Translations under genes and position numbers: made by a program
Notes under the pieces: model-generated
Seen by the model: the letters and a program-made list of their open reading frames with translations, nothing else
What the model was told of the DNA's origin: nothing
Database searches by the model: none
From: Basidiobolus ranarum
Taxonomy: Eukaryota
Length of the DNA: 57,112 bases
Assembly (NCBI GenBank): GCA_040143965.1
Contig: JASJQH010000011.1
Location: forward strand, 1-57,112
Direction: 5' to 3'
Part shown: in pieces, positions 45,278 through 57,112 of the stretch
Numbering within the stretch: position 1 is the stretch's first letter
How the letters are laid out: each line of letters opens with the position of its first letter

Positions 45278-48200
45278 TTAGGATTCTAGTAGATTTTGTA
45301 AGATGGTACGAAGTTGTTCGGTTACCGAGTCGTTCGTGGTACGGATAGTCAATCGATACATCTAAACGTACATATGAGATTAGTAACCATACACACATAC
45401 ATACAAACACACGCATATAGAAATCTATATTGAAATGTAGCTTTACCTGTTGCTCAAGACTAGGTTCCAAACGCAAGAGACACCCAACTTTTCCTGCCTC
45501 GGAAGTATTGAAGACGCTTACACCAACTAAATTGTTGACGTTTGGATCAACCCCCTCTAATAGTCCGAATTGACAACCTTGTGCTATCTTCTGAACTTTC
45601 TCTACTTCAATAGGGTCTTTGGAGCCGAAGACTACTTGTGATTCTTTGGGTGGACCACCAATTTGCTTCCATCTAACAAAGAAGTCAGGTCCGTTCATTT
45701 GGACCGGTTCAAGGAATTTGGTAATGACTATAGGAAGCTTGAGATCCAATGTACGCATGGTACTTCCTTGGTAAGATAACTTGATTCCTACGGATTCACG
45801 GAAGAGATTTTGACATTCAATACTTAACAGATGCTGGCTCTGTGCGAGTGAAGCAAGGGTCTCGGGTGCCTGTTGCGTAGTCTCCACACTGAGTCCAACA
45901 ATCGATTCCACGTTGACATTTAGTTGGGTGAAGTTACTCTGGGTTTTATTGCCCAAAAAGATAGCTATACGTCCCAAATGACCGTGATATTCGGATTTGA
46001 TGCCAATCTGTAGTTCAGCATCTTCATACAAAACCCCTTCCGAAGCATAAATCAAATCACGATATCTACTCTCATAGTCTTCATCGGTTGCAGTTTCCTC
46101 TCCAGGTGCTGAGGAGGTGGGCTTTTGTACACTATCAAACAAATTCAGTAGATCTGATTGCCCATTGGAACTTCCATTGAGCTCACTAAGTTTTTTCTCC
46201 CGAACAGTGTCTTTACCAGCAATACTCCAAGTGCGCTTATCTTCGGTTTCTCCCACTTTCTTTTGAAGTCTTGATACTAGCGCTGATTCACGCTCCAGGA
46301 AAGGTGGCATCTCCTCACAAACTGTTTGAATCAACTCTTCATCTGGGAAGTTGGCCAATACCAAATATTCACATGCACGTTGTTGAAGCTCTACATCGAG
46401 TACATGTCGATATTGATAGAACACTGCCATGATGTCTTCTTTAATCTCGGGGAAGAGATTAGCGAATTTCAAGTAAGTGGAGAGTAACAAAGCTCTAGTA
46501 GAAGCGGAGCACATGTTGAACTTGGAATGGAGTGTACGGAATTGCTCAATGGGACTACAACCCTCTTCATTGGCTACTAAATGTCCAAATTCCCCAAGAA
46601 CATAACCACCGATCCTCAATGCGTTCTCGTGGCAGTTGGTCAAGCTTAAAGTGTGAAGAATACTTCTAACGGCGTATTCTTGCAGATTCTCATTATTGGT
46701 GATGATTTGTACCACACGATACCAAACTTCATCACTGATGTGATCTCCAGCGGAGCTAATGAGTTGAAGCATGGTATCAACATACCATTCATAATCTGCT
46801 GCGAATTTCTCGGTGAGAATGGCGATTTTGAGAACCATCTCTTCTCTTAGGGTATAGTCGGCAACCTGCAGATATCTGAGAAGTTCGCCTACTATGGCCT
46901 TGGCGTTGGTCACGTCACACATAGCGTACAAAAGATCCAAAGCACGTCTTCGTACACTGATGTCTTTATCTCTGAGAGAAAGGATGATGATCTCTTGATG
47001 CTTCTTGATCGCGTCGAGTGAATCTGAATAAGAGGCTAAATGAGCCATCGTCTCTAATCCTAAATAGCGGGTGTTGGTCTCCTTTGAGGAGATAAATCGA
47101 CACAAGAGCGAGGCGGCCTGGGTAACAATGTCGGATTCAATGTCCAAGTTGATGGCGAGATTGATCGCTTCGAATAAAATGGCATTTTGTGCGTTGGCAT
47201 GTTGGATGTTCTTGGGTACATCGTTGGCGTTGTTAATGATGGACTGGAGGATGCCACTCAAGTGGTTACGAAGAGTAGGTTGTTCTGTCAATAGAAAGAG
47301 TACATCAGTGAATTGATTGCTATTGCTACTATATAAATAAGCATTAACCTGGTGGTGGATAATACTGAAGAAGTCGCAACAGTTTAACTTGAAGCCAAGG
47401 AATCGGAACTTTGTAGTAAACGTAATCCAGGCTATATTCTCTTTTAACAACAATCTAGAGGAATTTGATTTCAGTAGAGTTCAGAATGAATCCATAATCA
47501 AGCAAAAATACCTTATAGAGTATATTGATGGCTTTCTCAACACATCCTTGATAGGCCTCGGGGTATTGTTGCGCTAACACTGTAATCAAGCTGGCTAAAG
47601 AAAGAGTAACGCCCTAAAGGAGGATCGAGCAAAGCTCAAGTTAATATCACTATCACACTGAGTGACCCTCCATATACTCACCAAATCAGGATAGTCCATG
47701 ATACTCAAGATATGTTCTGCCCAGTCGGTGGCTGGTAAAACATCTGGGTGTTTACGAAGCAAACGTAGCAAGCAAAGTGCTGCCTTTTTCTTGACAAAGC
47801 TTTTGGTGTTTCTAAATTCAACTATCAATAATATGTACTAAAGAAATAAACGAAGGTGTACTTCATATTACCTGGATACCAACAAACGCTGTACATCACC
47901 AGCCAAAGATTCTGCCATTTCTCGACCACCGATATTGGCAATAGCATGTAAACCCAAGCAGTTATGGATTTCATTTAGATCCTCAAGATCTTTCCTTAAA
48001 GTGTTTACCACTAATCTTGCCAGATCACTATTCTCCGTTAACAACAAAGTGATGGCCAAATACCCCTAAAAAAAGAACGGATTGTTCATTTAGTCACAAG
48101 ATGACTAAAGTAAAAAGCAAGACGAATTAACTTACAATTTGCTTCTCACTGTATTTACTACTACACATCAAATTCACCGCTTCTGTATGTCCAAAATCGA

Positions 48201-48554
48201 TATCCCATCCGAGAATGTACATGTAGAGTAATTTGCAAACGTATTTTTTCTTTTGATATCCATTCAAGTTTCCATCTATCAAGGGGAATTAAAATACACC
48301 AAGAGTTTAACTGGCCGAGACCTTAACAACTAATAAACCCCAGGCCCATAAAGAAACCGACCAAAACTTACCTCGAAATTTGGTACGGATGTTGGCCATC
48401 TCCTTATTAATTCTTTTTTCTTCTAGTTCTCTCGCACGACCTAGAAGAAAGAGAAAACCAACGGTCTAAATAAAGAATAAAGCGTCAAAGAGAAATAAAT
48501 GTAGTTACATTTTCGAAGGTCAGCGATGAACACCGTAAGTCCACGCATAGACAT
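45278..48554 (-). CDS. APL3: AP-2 complex alpha adaptin, multi-exon
   Basis: [96 protein letters not shown], appendage [17 protein letters not shown]. Confidence 0.95.
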
Positions 48555-48983
48555 ATTTGAGAATTAAAGGTTGCTTAAAGTCTAATGTATATGCTGTTTC
48601 AACTCTTTTTAAGTAGTAAAAGGAAAGTAACCGAAATTTCCTCAAACAAAGATTGCCACTTCAGAAGAGAAGACTTCTCGAAGCTTTACACTGGTATATT
48701 TCGTATTACCTTCAGCTCATAACCTCAAGTATATTTCCACCCAATCAATCGATCAAATCGGGATTGACACCATGACTTAAATAGCAATTTAACATTGTTT
48801 ATGAATATTGCTAACTTACTAACTCTAAGCCGATATGATCTTACTGACGGATGAAAATCTGATGTGGTCGAAATATTCATAAAATTCCCAACAGGGCATT
48901 GAAAAAATTTCTTCTTTCGTGTTGGATAAAGCTCTAAGTTTATTCTTTCTACTTTAGCTTTAAGAAAGTCTTTTTATTTCAAA

Positions 48984-49427
48984 ATGTCTATTGCACGCTT
49001 CACAAGCCCAGCTATATCTACCATCAGACGTGGTGTACTTTTACGTGCTGCACCCCCTGCCGTTGCCCCCGGAGGTAAGAAGGATACCTCTATTGGTGGA
49101 GATTCCAGAAATGAGTTGATTAAAAGAGTCCTCTTCGACTCTAATCCTCGTAGAACAACTGAACTTAGTGAGGACGAAAAGAAACGTCAAGAGATCATAG
49201 ATATGGCTTGGAACTTAGTACAGAAGAAACAGCACGAAAAGCGTCTCTCGGAGTTGGAGGCCAAATACAAGTCCATGAGAGCTGCTAACGTGGAACTTGA
49301 GAATACCAACGAACGTCTATTCAAACAAGCACAATTAAAAGATAAACATATTACCTTCCCAAAGAAGCTCAGAACTCTCACTGATACTCCACCTCTTACC
49401 GGTTGGAATTACAACGCATCTGCTTAA
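48984..49427 (+). CDS. MRPL28: Mitochondrial ribosomal protein mL40 (yeast MrpL28-like)
   Basis: Arg-rich presequence; IIDMAWNL...KYKSMRAANVELE...LFKQA...FPKKLRTLTDTPP..GWNY. Confidence 0.8.
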   Translation: MSIARFTSPAISTIRRGVLLRAAPPAVAPGGKKDTSIGGDSRNELIKRVLFDSNPRRTTELSEDEKKRQEIIDMAWNLVQKKQHEKRLSELEAKYKSMRAANVELENTNERLFKQAQLKDKHITFPKKLRTLTDTPPLTGWNYNASA

Positions 49428-50234
49428 TTCTTTTCAGTTATTCTATCAATAACTCTCATTCACACTCAAGCACAAATCCACACTACAACGGTTCATCGAA
49501 ATAAATAGTTCAACTATTAGAGGCTATATATTTCCTGTCTCCTTCAAAATAAATTCATCCAATCCCTTGTGGACTCTCCATTTTAGATGCAGCTGATGCG
49601 CCTCTTCTCTTTTGCCTATGCCCCATGGAAGAGCCACTTATTAGTAACCTATTTCTGTAGCATTAGTGGATTTGCCCCGGAAATGTGGGAAAGTATGATT
49701 TAATTAACATTCAACTAGTGTTTCAATTTTATCATTGCTTACTACTAGGTAATCTATAGTTCACAAACTACCAAGGTTTATAATAGCATCATCGATGTAG
49801 CATAGTCGAGGATTCTAATATCGTTAAGGCAAATTTGACAGTCTCTATTTTTGTCTAAGAGCTTTATTATAGGGTGCATTGTTTGTAGGGTGCATTGTTT
49901 GTATCAATATGGTTGATTGCCATTCATACATTGTATGACCTCTTTAGTCTGAACTCTTGATATAACTGTAGTTGGCTAATACTTGATATAACCTTGACTA
50001 CCTTACACTGCCACTTTAAAAGCTGACTTCTAATGCATTGTAATGACAAAATAGGTATATTCAAATATCCAGAATTGATCAAGTATTTATGTCTTCATAC
50101 AAACAGAGAATTGGTAAAGTATTTATTTCTTCATACAAACGCCAGATGAAAAGGTAAGCTAATGAACAGTAATTTACACTCATAAACGAAGCGTATTATA
50201 TTATGTTATTACACCAGAATACATGAAGTAAAAC

Positions 50235-50498
50235 CTAACTCTCCTGTTGACTACCTCTTCTGGAGAGTTGACCAGGTTGACTCTTGTGAGAGTAGTTGGC
50301 TCCATAGTGGCGCTTCCATTTGTGCTCGGCGTATGGATCAGGCTTACCTCCATTTGATAGAATGGAAAAGAATTGGTATGAGCCAAGACTAGGGCGTCGA
50401 TTATTATTTGGGCTGTTTTGGTTTTGAGTGAAGTATAAACCAACTCCCAGAGCAGCGGCACCGGTAGCAGCAGCAGTAGCAGCAGTAGAGGAGAACAT
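50235..50498 (-). CDS. Small hypothetical protein (87 aa) with N-terminal Ala-rich/hydrophobic segment
   Basis: MFSSTAATAAATGAAALGVGLYF...RRPSL...YAEHKWKRHYGANYSH...; TATATAAA upstream at ~50579-50572. Confidence 0.55.
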   Translation of the reverse strand: MFSSTAATAAATGAAALGVGLYFTQNQNSPNNNRRPSLGSYQFFSILSNGGKPDPYAEHKWKRHYGANYSHKSQPGQLSRRGSQQES

Positions 50499-51452
50499 GT
50501 TAAATGTATTTGGTTTCTTGTTGTGAGTAGAGCAGAATAGATATAACAACTATGGAGAGTACTCGAGTTGTTTATATAGACTCTAATCTTATCGATAAGT
50601 ATCAATGAACGGAAGGGCTTTCTAACCAAGGTGGAAGGCTATCTGCACGTGATTTTGTTCATCTAGCTTTTGGAAATCCCAAAACTCGTCATAAATTCAG
50701 TTTCTTGTGTTATTAGTCCTTTGGATGGCTTTTACATTGGCTTAAAGCTCCTCCGTTGATACTATCTAATCAGGATACCTATCGGTGGCCATTGTCCTAT
50801 CTACTTTAACTAAAGCTGAGACCAAGATAACTTCATAGAGATACGTGGTTAGTTCATGCAATGATAAGGGGTAGGAAATTGGACCGCAACATACAGACAA
50901 GCAGGTGAAAATGAAGAATGGAGCTTCAAGACAGTCACATAATCAACGATCTCACTGTCACACAAATAGTGTGAAAAAGCAAATCTACTTTTGGGAATTG
51001 TACCACACACTGTTTAGATTTTCGGAGCTGAAAGGAATATCGCAACGGTGTTCACAGAAAGACAACTCTGGATGAGATAAAGGCTTTGGTGCTAGCTGAT
51101 GTTTTGGAAATGGTAGCAATGGTGCGGTTAGGGGGTAAGAGAGTAGCTTGAAGGCCATGAGGTTGTTAACATGACAGAACAGCTTTAGATAGGAATGGAG
51201 GACCGGATGAGAGGCCAGAATGAGAGGAAGCTCTATCATTGCATTATCTCAGTCTGGAGCTCAATTATCGTTACTAGCATTCATTGTCACATCATTGCCA
51301 TGTACGTCAACCATAAAGCCGATCTTACAACATTTCTCTAATTGATGAGTATTCTTAAATTCACTCACGATTGCCCTAAATAATACTATGCTAGACACAG
51401 AGTTCATTCTTTTTTATTACTAGACATACAATGCTTATTCCTGTCACATGAC

Positions 51453-52109
51453 TTAATAGGTGCTTAGATCTGTCCACTTCCAAATAGCAGAAGACTCATT
51501 AGGACTGCTATTATGGACAAAGGCAGAGTCAGGATAGGCACCACCAGTGACACAGCCGTTGCATCGACTGAGGTAGTTCCCAGTGTCACCTTTAAGAGTA
51601 ATCTTATTACCACCAACACATCCGAGTTCCCAATGGGCCCATGGGCTGCTGCGCAGATCCTTTTCCATGACATGAATAGATGCTGAATCATAGTGGGATT
51701 CCATTTTGTAGCATTTGCTACAGCGTCCTAGGTACAATCCGGAATCAGCGCGGAGGGCTATTTTCCCATTCCCCAACTCCACAACATCCCACTGAAGATA
51801 GTTCAACTCTTTTGGATTCCCAACTCCATGAACAAAGGCGTTATTAAGGTTAGTAGAGTACGGAACGCAACCTTCACATCTACCTAGGTACTTATCATTG
51901 TCCGAAAGTAAAGAGATTTTTTTAGCTAGTTTACATTGGTTTCCGTACCCGTTACTTTCCACCTGTTCGGTGTTCTCTCCATATCCCGGAATCGCCGATG
52001 AAGTTGTCAATCCATCACCATAACCACCATCAGCCATACCATATTGACCATGCACTCCAGCTAAAGCACTAGCAATCACCGTGAAAAATAGGAATGATTT
52101 GTACTGCAT
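51453..52109 (-). CDS. Secreted protein with three fascin-like/beta-trefoil-type repeats (218 aa)
   Basis: Signal MQYKSFLFFTVIASALAGVHG; three repeats KI(S/A/T)LxxDxxxYL(G/S)RCxxC...(N/S)A(F/S)(V/I)H...W; intronless. Confidence 0.8.
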   Translation of the reverse strand: MQYKSFLFFTVIASALAGVHGQYGMADGGYGDGLTTSSAIPGYGENTEQVESNGYGNQCKLAKKISLLSDNDKYLGRCEGCVPYSTNLNNAFVHGVGNPKELNYLQWDVVELGNGKIALRADSGLYLGRCSKCYKMESHYDSASIHVMEKDLRSSPWAHWELGCVGGNKITLKGDTGNYLSRCNGCVTGGAYPDSAFVHNSSPNESSAIWKWTDLSTY

Positions 52110-53029
52110 GGTGAATATGGTAAACAGCCCGACTGAATATCTGTATGTCAGTATTCTCTGGCTTTTTATATAGTCCGTAGATGCAACAATTTGATGGAAT
52201 TTTTCTACAGTTAAATGCATATCCATGAGTTTCAAACCGTTTCAAATGCTGTGGCAATAATGCATGCAGCTATGAACTCTTTGTGCTTCATATGGTTCAG
52301 AAAGATATGGTGATACGCTGCAACATCAGTTGATACGATTGTATAATCTGTTATAATGTTCCATGGTACTTCGTATAACTCTTCGGAACTTGCCATCTCT
52401 TCATAACTCTTCAGGATTTGACATCAGTGATTGTTAGCTCTAACTCGGACAATCGCTCATTGAGAGTATTGGTAACATGCCTGAAATAAATGGAAAGGGA
52501 AACATGACAGCTGTAGTAATACCACGGAACTTACTAATCAATATGTTTAAAGTACAGCAGTAGCTCATACCATAATGAGAAGCAAAGTTTGCAAGTTCTT
52601 TGAAAATATAGTCTGTATACACTTGGGTTAAAGTCAACCACCCAATCCTTGGATATCTTGTTTAGCATCTTGAATAATGATTTATCAAAAGTAAAAATTG
52701 TTCTAGAGGAGCTTTGTAGTTCTGGTAAAAGGAGAGATAAAGAAGCTTTGCAGTTCTGGTAAAAGGAGAGAAATGCTGGAGACATATTGATCAAAAGACT
52801 TGCACTTCATTCGTGATTTCATATATCGAATTAGTGGTTCCTAAACTCAAATGCATTTATTATAATAGCACTGCATGGGCACATCTAATTGCTTAAGTTT
52901 TGTCAGGTATAACAACTGTATGGTAAAGTGTGTTTTAACTAATCAGTATACTTATACAATACCGTATATCTCGTAGACTTGAGGCCAACTGCAAGTAATA
53001 AAAGTAGGGGGAATTAATGATGGGTAATG

Positions 53030-53850
53030 ACAACCTTGAGGATACGAAAAGTGGGTTGTGCTGTGGTTAGTTACAGGTGAATTTTCAATTTACCACCAAA
53101 GAAGATGCGAACAAGTAAGATATGGATTTTATGGTTATCAAACCTTTTTCAAATAGATGCTTAGGTAACCCTATATAACAGAAGTAGATCTCTTCTAAGG
53201 TATCTGGATCGAGTGATCTTGGCTGAAGAAATCCTCACTAATAATCCCTCCGGAAATTGACATCCTACCAGTATATTCCCTGAGATTGGTTCCCCTACCT
53301 CGCCACTTTCATCTTCATCAGATGCAACCCTTGACTCTCCATCTACCAAGTCACCAACTGCTGGATGAACTACCTCATGTACTACCCTAAGAAACAAAGG
53401 AATAGGTAGGCCCCGTAAGAGTGGCCTAGGAGCAAGTAAGCTAGGGGGTGGTACACTAGGAGCTAAACAAAGCGAGATAGATTTTGAGGAGGCAGAACGT
53501 AAAGCTAGAAAGGAGGGAAAAGAGACTAGCATAGACTAAGTATATTTGACAATGTGGAAATCTCATTAGGTACGACTTCTGAGTTCTCCCAATCCAGGAA
53601 ATGATCTTCAGAAGTTACAAGCTACATTCAATAAGAAAGTACCCACAATATTGAAAGACTAGGAATGGAAGTTAGAAGGTTGGAATTTGGTGCTACCGGA
53701 GCCGAAGAAACTTAGTTTCCCAAGTAACACAACTACCGGAAATGGTATTTTGTTTTCATAAACTTGTTTACTTGGAGCTGTACATTAATATCTGTTTATA
53801 TCCAAGAACAAAAAGTCTGCAAATCAAAGGGCAACTTTAGCAGATGATCC
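53030..53850 (+). pseudogene. Decayed GLO3-like ArfGAP
   Basis: + strand fragments KLGGGTLGAKQSEIDFEEAERKARKE, IERLGMEVRRLEFGA and KSANQRATLADD resemble, in order, fungal Glo3 motifs LGAKK..IDFEEAEKKAKEE, ERLGMGxxRLGFG and KFGxQKAISSD; stops and frameshifts between them. Confidence 0.6.
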
Positions 53851-54362
53851 AGAGCACCTAAACCAACAACATGGCATATTAAAGTGTTTAGCTTCATGCC
53901 AGTAATTCAATAACTTGTATTCTATCGCTTAGGGTTGAAGTGTTTGAACGTACTTCCTGCCGTTTCGTTGACGTTGCTGGTTGACTAGAGAGAGAGCATC
54001 TTCTGAAGGTTACCATTTCTAGAATTGCTGCCTCGGTAACAGTGAATTTTACTTTCTTAAGGTGTTTGTCACATACTTGACATCTGGAGAGCCAGCAATA
54101 GCCAGTATTAATTCGTACCATGATAGATTGGGTAACTCAATAGAAACTAATTAATCAGTGCCACACTTCTATAGATGCGGCAAGTAGCAGTGGATAAATG
54201 TAATCAATAATGGGGGCCTTTAGTATATATAAAACCAATGGAGCTGCATATCATGTTGAAGGTAAAATACATATACTAAAATACAATAGAGGGTTCATGA
54301 ATATGCTGCGATATTAAAATGTCGCTCTCCGTCTGATGCCGTCGTTATTTGCATGTCGATAA

Positions 54363-55265
54363 CTATCGTGATTCTACAAGAAGATAAAATGGCTCTTTGG
54401 ATCTATCGGCTTGCTTTTGTTCCCTACGCCTTTGTCTTCTTTCGCGTTTCTCTTGTCTCCTTGAATCTCTTCGTATTTGACGCTCCTCTCTTCTGTTAGA
54501 TCTCGAATTCAAGTGCTGACCAGCATATCTAGAATCTTCTTCGGAAGATGAATTACTAGACGATGATTGGTCGCTACTTTTTAATATTGCTTTTTCGCCA
54601 CTTAACACCCTTAATCCCTGATATAACGTAACACTGACACCACGAGGGTTGAAAAAACAGTAATTCCAAATCTCAATTTTCGCTGACAATTTGCCTATAT
54701 TTCCTCTCAACATATTTCTCTGTATCGCGCGAGAGATGAAAAATCCTGCTGCACCAACATGCATCGTCATTGGTAGGACACCAGCGGTTACTCTTTGAGT
54801 TATAGTTAAACGGCCTTCACCGGATATGTCGTTAATAAATTGAGTCCAATCCATCTCAAGGATATCTCGAGCCAGCATGTGTTGTGGTATCGGGTAGTGC
54901 AGGGGGAAACCATCCTCAAGATTTTTACCCTTACAAGGAACTTGCAGAGGTGGGAAAGGCCCTGGAGCGTATCCTGGTATCTGTGGTGGTTGTCGAGAAA
55001 AGCAGGGGGGTGGTTGATCTGAAGAGGATTGGTTGGTAAAGAAATTTTGAATGCTACTAAAAAGATTTTGCGTGGTGTTAGTATTTGTGGTGACTTGCTG
55101 TTGACCTGGTTGATGTCTGCTAGATGATGACGAGCTATATTGATCTGTTATTCCACTTGATCCATAAGGAGGGATGGGGGCGGATGGCTCCTCCATAGAA
55201 GTATATGGAGGTGGTGGAGGAAGCTGTGATGGATCGTAATACTTCTCTTGTGATACTTTAGACAT
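54363..55265 (-). CDS. Hypothetical fungal protein (300 aa): PPxY-containing N-terminus, PPPCFSR...WTQF...WNxxFFNPRG core, Arg/Glu-rich tail
   Basis: Long intronless ORF with TATA-like (TA)n ~60 bp upstream; PPPPY and IPPY motifs. Confidence 0.75.
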   Translation of the reverse strand: MSKVSQEKYYDPSQLPPPPPYTSMEEPSAPIPPYGSSGITDQYSSSSSSRHQPGQQQVTTNTNTTQNLFSSIQNFFTNQSSSDQPPPCFSRQPPQIPGYAPGPFPPLQVPCKGKNLEDGFPLHYPIPQHMLARDILEMDWTQFINDISGEGRLTITQRVTAGVLPMTMHVGAAGFFISRAIQRNMLRGNIGKLSAKIEIWNYCFFNPRGVSVTLYQGLRVLSGEKAILKSSDQSSSSNSSSEEDSRYAGQHLNSRSNRREERQIRRDSRRQEKRERRQRRREQKQADRSKEPFYLLVESR

Positions 55266-57112
55266 GGTTTGGCGAAGAGATTGCCGAGTTGGATGAGTAG
55301 TGTAGAGAAAATGACCATGTATATATATACCTTATGGCTTATGGGTGAGCGTGATGCCGGTAAGTGTGTGCCAAAATACTTGGCAGTGCCTGGCTTGGAG
55401 TGCATAGGAAATATGATCACATGGTGAGAATGCTTGGCAAAGTCGTAGTTGGGATATTACCTGGAGACTTGGATCAACATAATACTATATATAGTAATTA
55501 AGGCATTCTCCAGCCAGTGTATATGGCTAGTTTAGTTGCTGTGTTGATTAAAGAGAATTCTGTTTGAAACATGTGATGTAAGTGATCCGTCAAATCATGT
55601 GATATGCGTCATCGTTCGAAACAAAAATCAGCAATATTATAAACTAGTTATCGCTCTGTTTGTATACATCGATGGGACAAAGCATTCGTGTATTCATTGA
55701 TATACAGTAAATTGGTCTTAGACTTCGTTGGCCAGTTATTAGAGAAATACTTCTAGGATGTTAGTTCTGGCTCTAATGAACAACATCCTTGGTTTTACAT
55801 TCTATTAATCAGTTCTATATCTTAACACGCGGGACTATAATATGATGGGAATACAACAACGCTACTTAGAAATATTCTGAATTTTTTAAGCTTTGAGAGG
55901 CTCGAAAGGATTCGGTATTACCAATGAATAATCCAAGGTACACCTGTAAATAGGTTAGTGTGCCAAAGGGGCTGCCACTAGGCAAGAATGGGTGGGCCAA
56001 TTTAAATAGACTAATATTAACAAAAATATCTGCATTTTCCCTGACAACAATCTAACAGGTGTAGCGCATTATATAATCCTACAATAAGTGGTTCATCAGA
56101 CATGGGTAGCTAATATTTATGGCTGTTAAAATCAATATTTATGTGTACATTAGATGAAGCATTGCCAACTAGAGAAGATGAAACAACACATGCAGATATT
56201 CCTTTAACATAGTCATCTATCTATTTATATACCACCAAGAAACAAATTCATATCCGCAGGGCTATTCAAGAATAGTACACTTGGTCTTGTTCAGATACTT
56301 GGACAGTACGAAGTTAATTAAACATGAACAAATACATGGATAGTATGCAGTAAATAAAATGTTAACTTCAAGTCAAATGAGCACTTCGTTTTATCTACTG
56401 TTCAATCTACCTACTCTGCATTCTATCTACTCTTGATTCGTTGTATTCGACCAGTTCTCCCTTGAAACCTGAAAGTTACGCGTATCGTCATGTTAAGCCA
56501 CCATAAAGCATAGTTCATCAGAGTATTTCTCCCCATTTTCCTAATGTTCTTTATAATTCATCAATTCTCGTTGTATTCTTCACTTTGTAACTTATGAGCG
56601 ACATGTTGATACAATAAGTAATGTTTTCAAATTCCTCGCCTGTCTCTCACTCTCACTCTTAGCCCTATGTTTGCATTGGAGTAGTAACGGCTTCATCAAC
56701 AGTAGCTTTCATTTATTGCTTTCCCTAATTTATGCTATTTTCATGATTGCCCATTAACTAGGACGAGTTTGGTGGTTGTGTCTAAGGAATACTTCAATTA
56801 TTTTATTCACAATACTTGACATCGCAGTTGCGGCACAGTTTTATCCATAACATATAGTATTGTCAATAACATTGACTCACAGTATTTGTTCAAATCATCA
56901 AAATACTAAAAACTATGAATTTCCTATGTCGGTTACTGAATTGAATAACTTGGGACGATTGAGTCTACCTGAACATATCTACGATTAGAGGATTGATATA
57001 TAAATATATATAATTGATCATACAATACCTAAGCAAGCGTGTGAATCTATTGTTAGTGCTGACCGTTGAAATATACGTGCTATACTTATTGATGTGATCA
57101 GCAATCTACACC

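Noticed and set aside
52215-52800. Coding-like fragments and a 28-bp direct repeat (52710-52737 / 52744-52771)
   Set aside because: Probably decayed sequence, but no recognisable family, so no call is supportable

Overview
Intron-containing, AT-rich eukaryotic DNA from a fungus, most likely an early-diverging lineage (Zoopagomycota/Mucoromycota-like; inferred from gene style, not proven). There are three zones. (1) An accessory zone, 1-~19.8 kb. It holds a tandem array of at least four paralogous secreted precursor genes: signal peptide, acidic pro-region, ETELR(R/H), then a Gly/Arg/Phe-rich cationic repeat ending in a W-G-S-x-W/acidic/3-Cys tail. One copy is pseudogenised. The array is interrupted by a ~4.1 kb ascomycete-like insert: a Fot1/pogo transposase relic with RIP-like stops, an intact LovC-like enoyl reductase and an NB-ARC/TPR relic. 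Next come a secreted ferritin-like gene, a secreted DJ-1/PfpI gene plus a decayed copy, a sugar transporter, a serine carboxypeptidase and four copies of a ~350 bp solo LTR with 5-bp target-site duplications. (2) A housekeeping block, ~20.7-49.4 kb: SPT20, NOP12, rhodanese-PTP, SEC63, EPL1, QCR9, A20/AN1 zinc finger, KRE33/NAT10, AP-2 alpha adaptin, MRPL28. (3) A right-hand zone with a secreted fascin-like repeat protein, a decayed GLO3-like ArfGAP and hypothetical genes. The best candidates for new biology are the precursor-peptide array and the foreign-looking insert inside it. All calls are by eye; no database searches were run.
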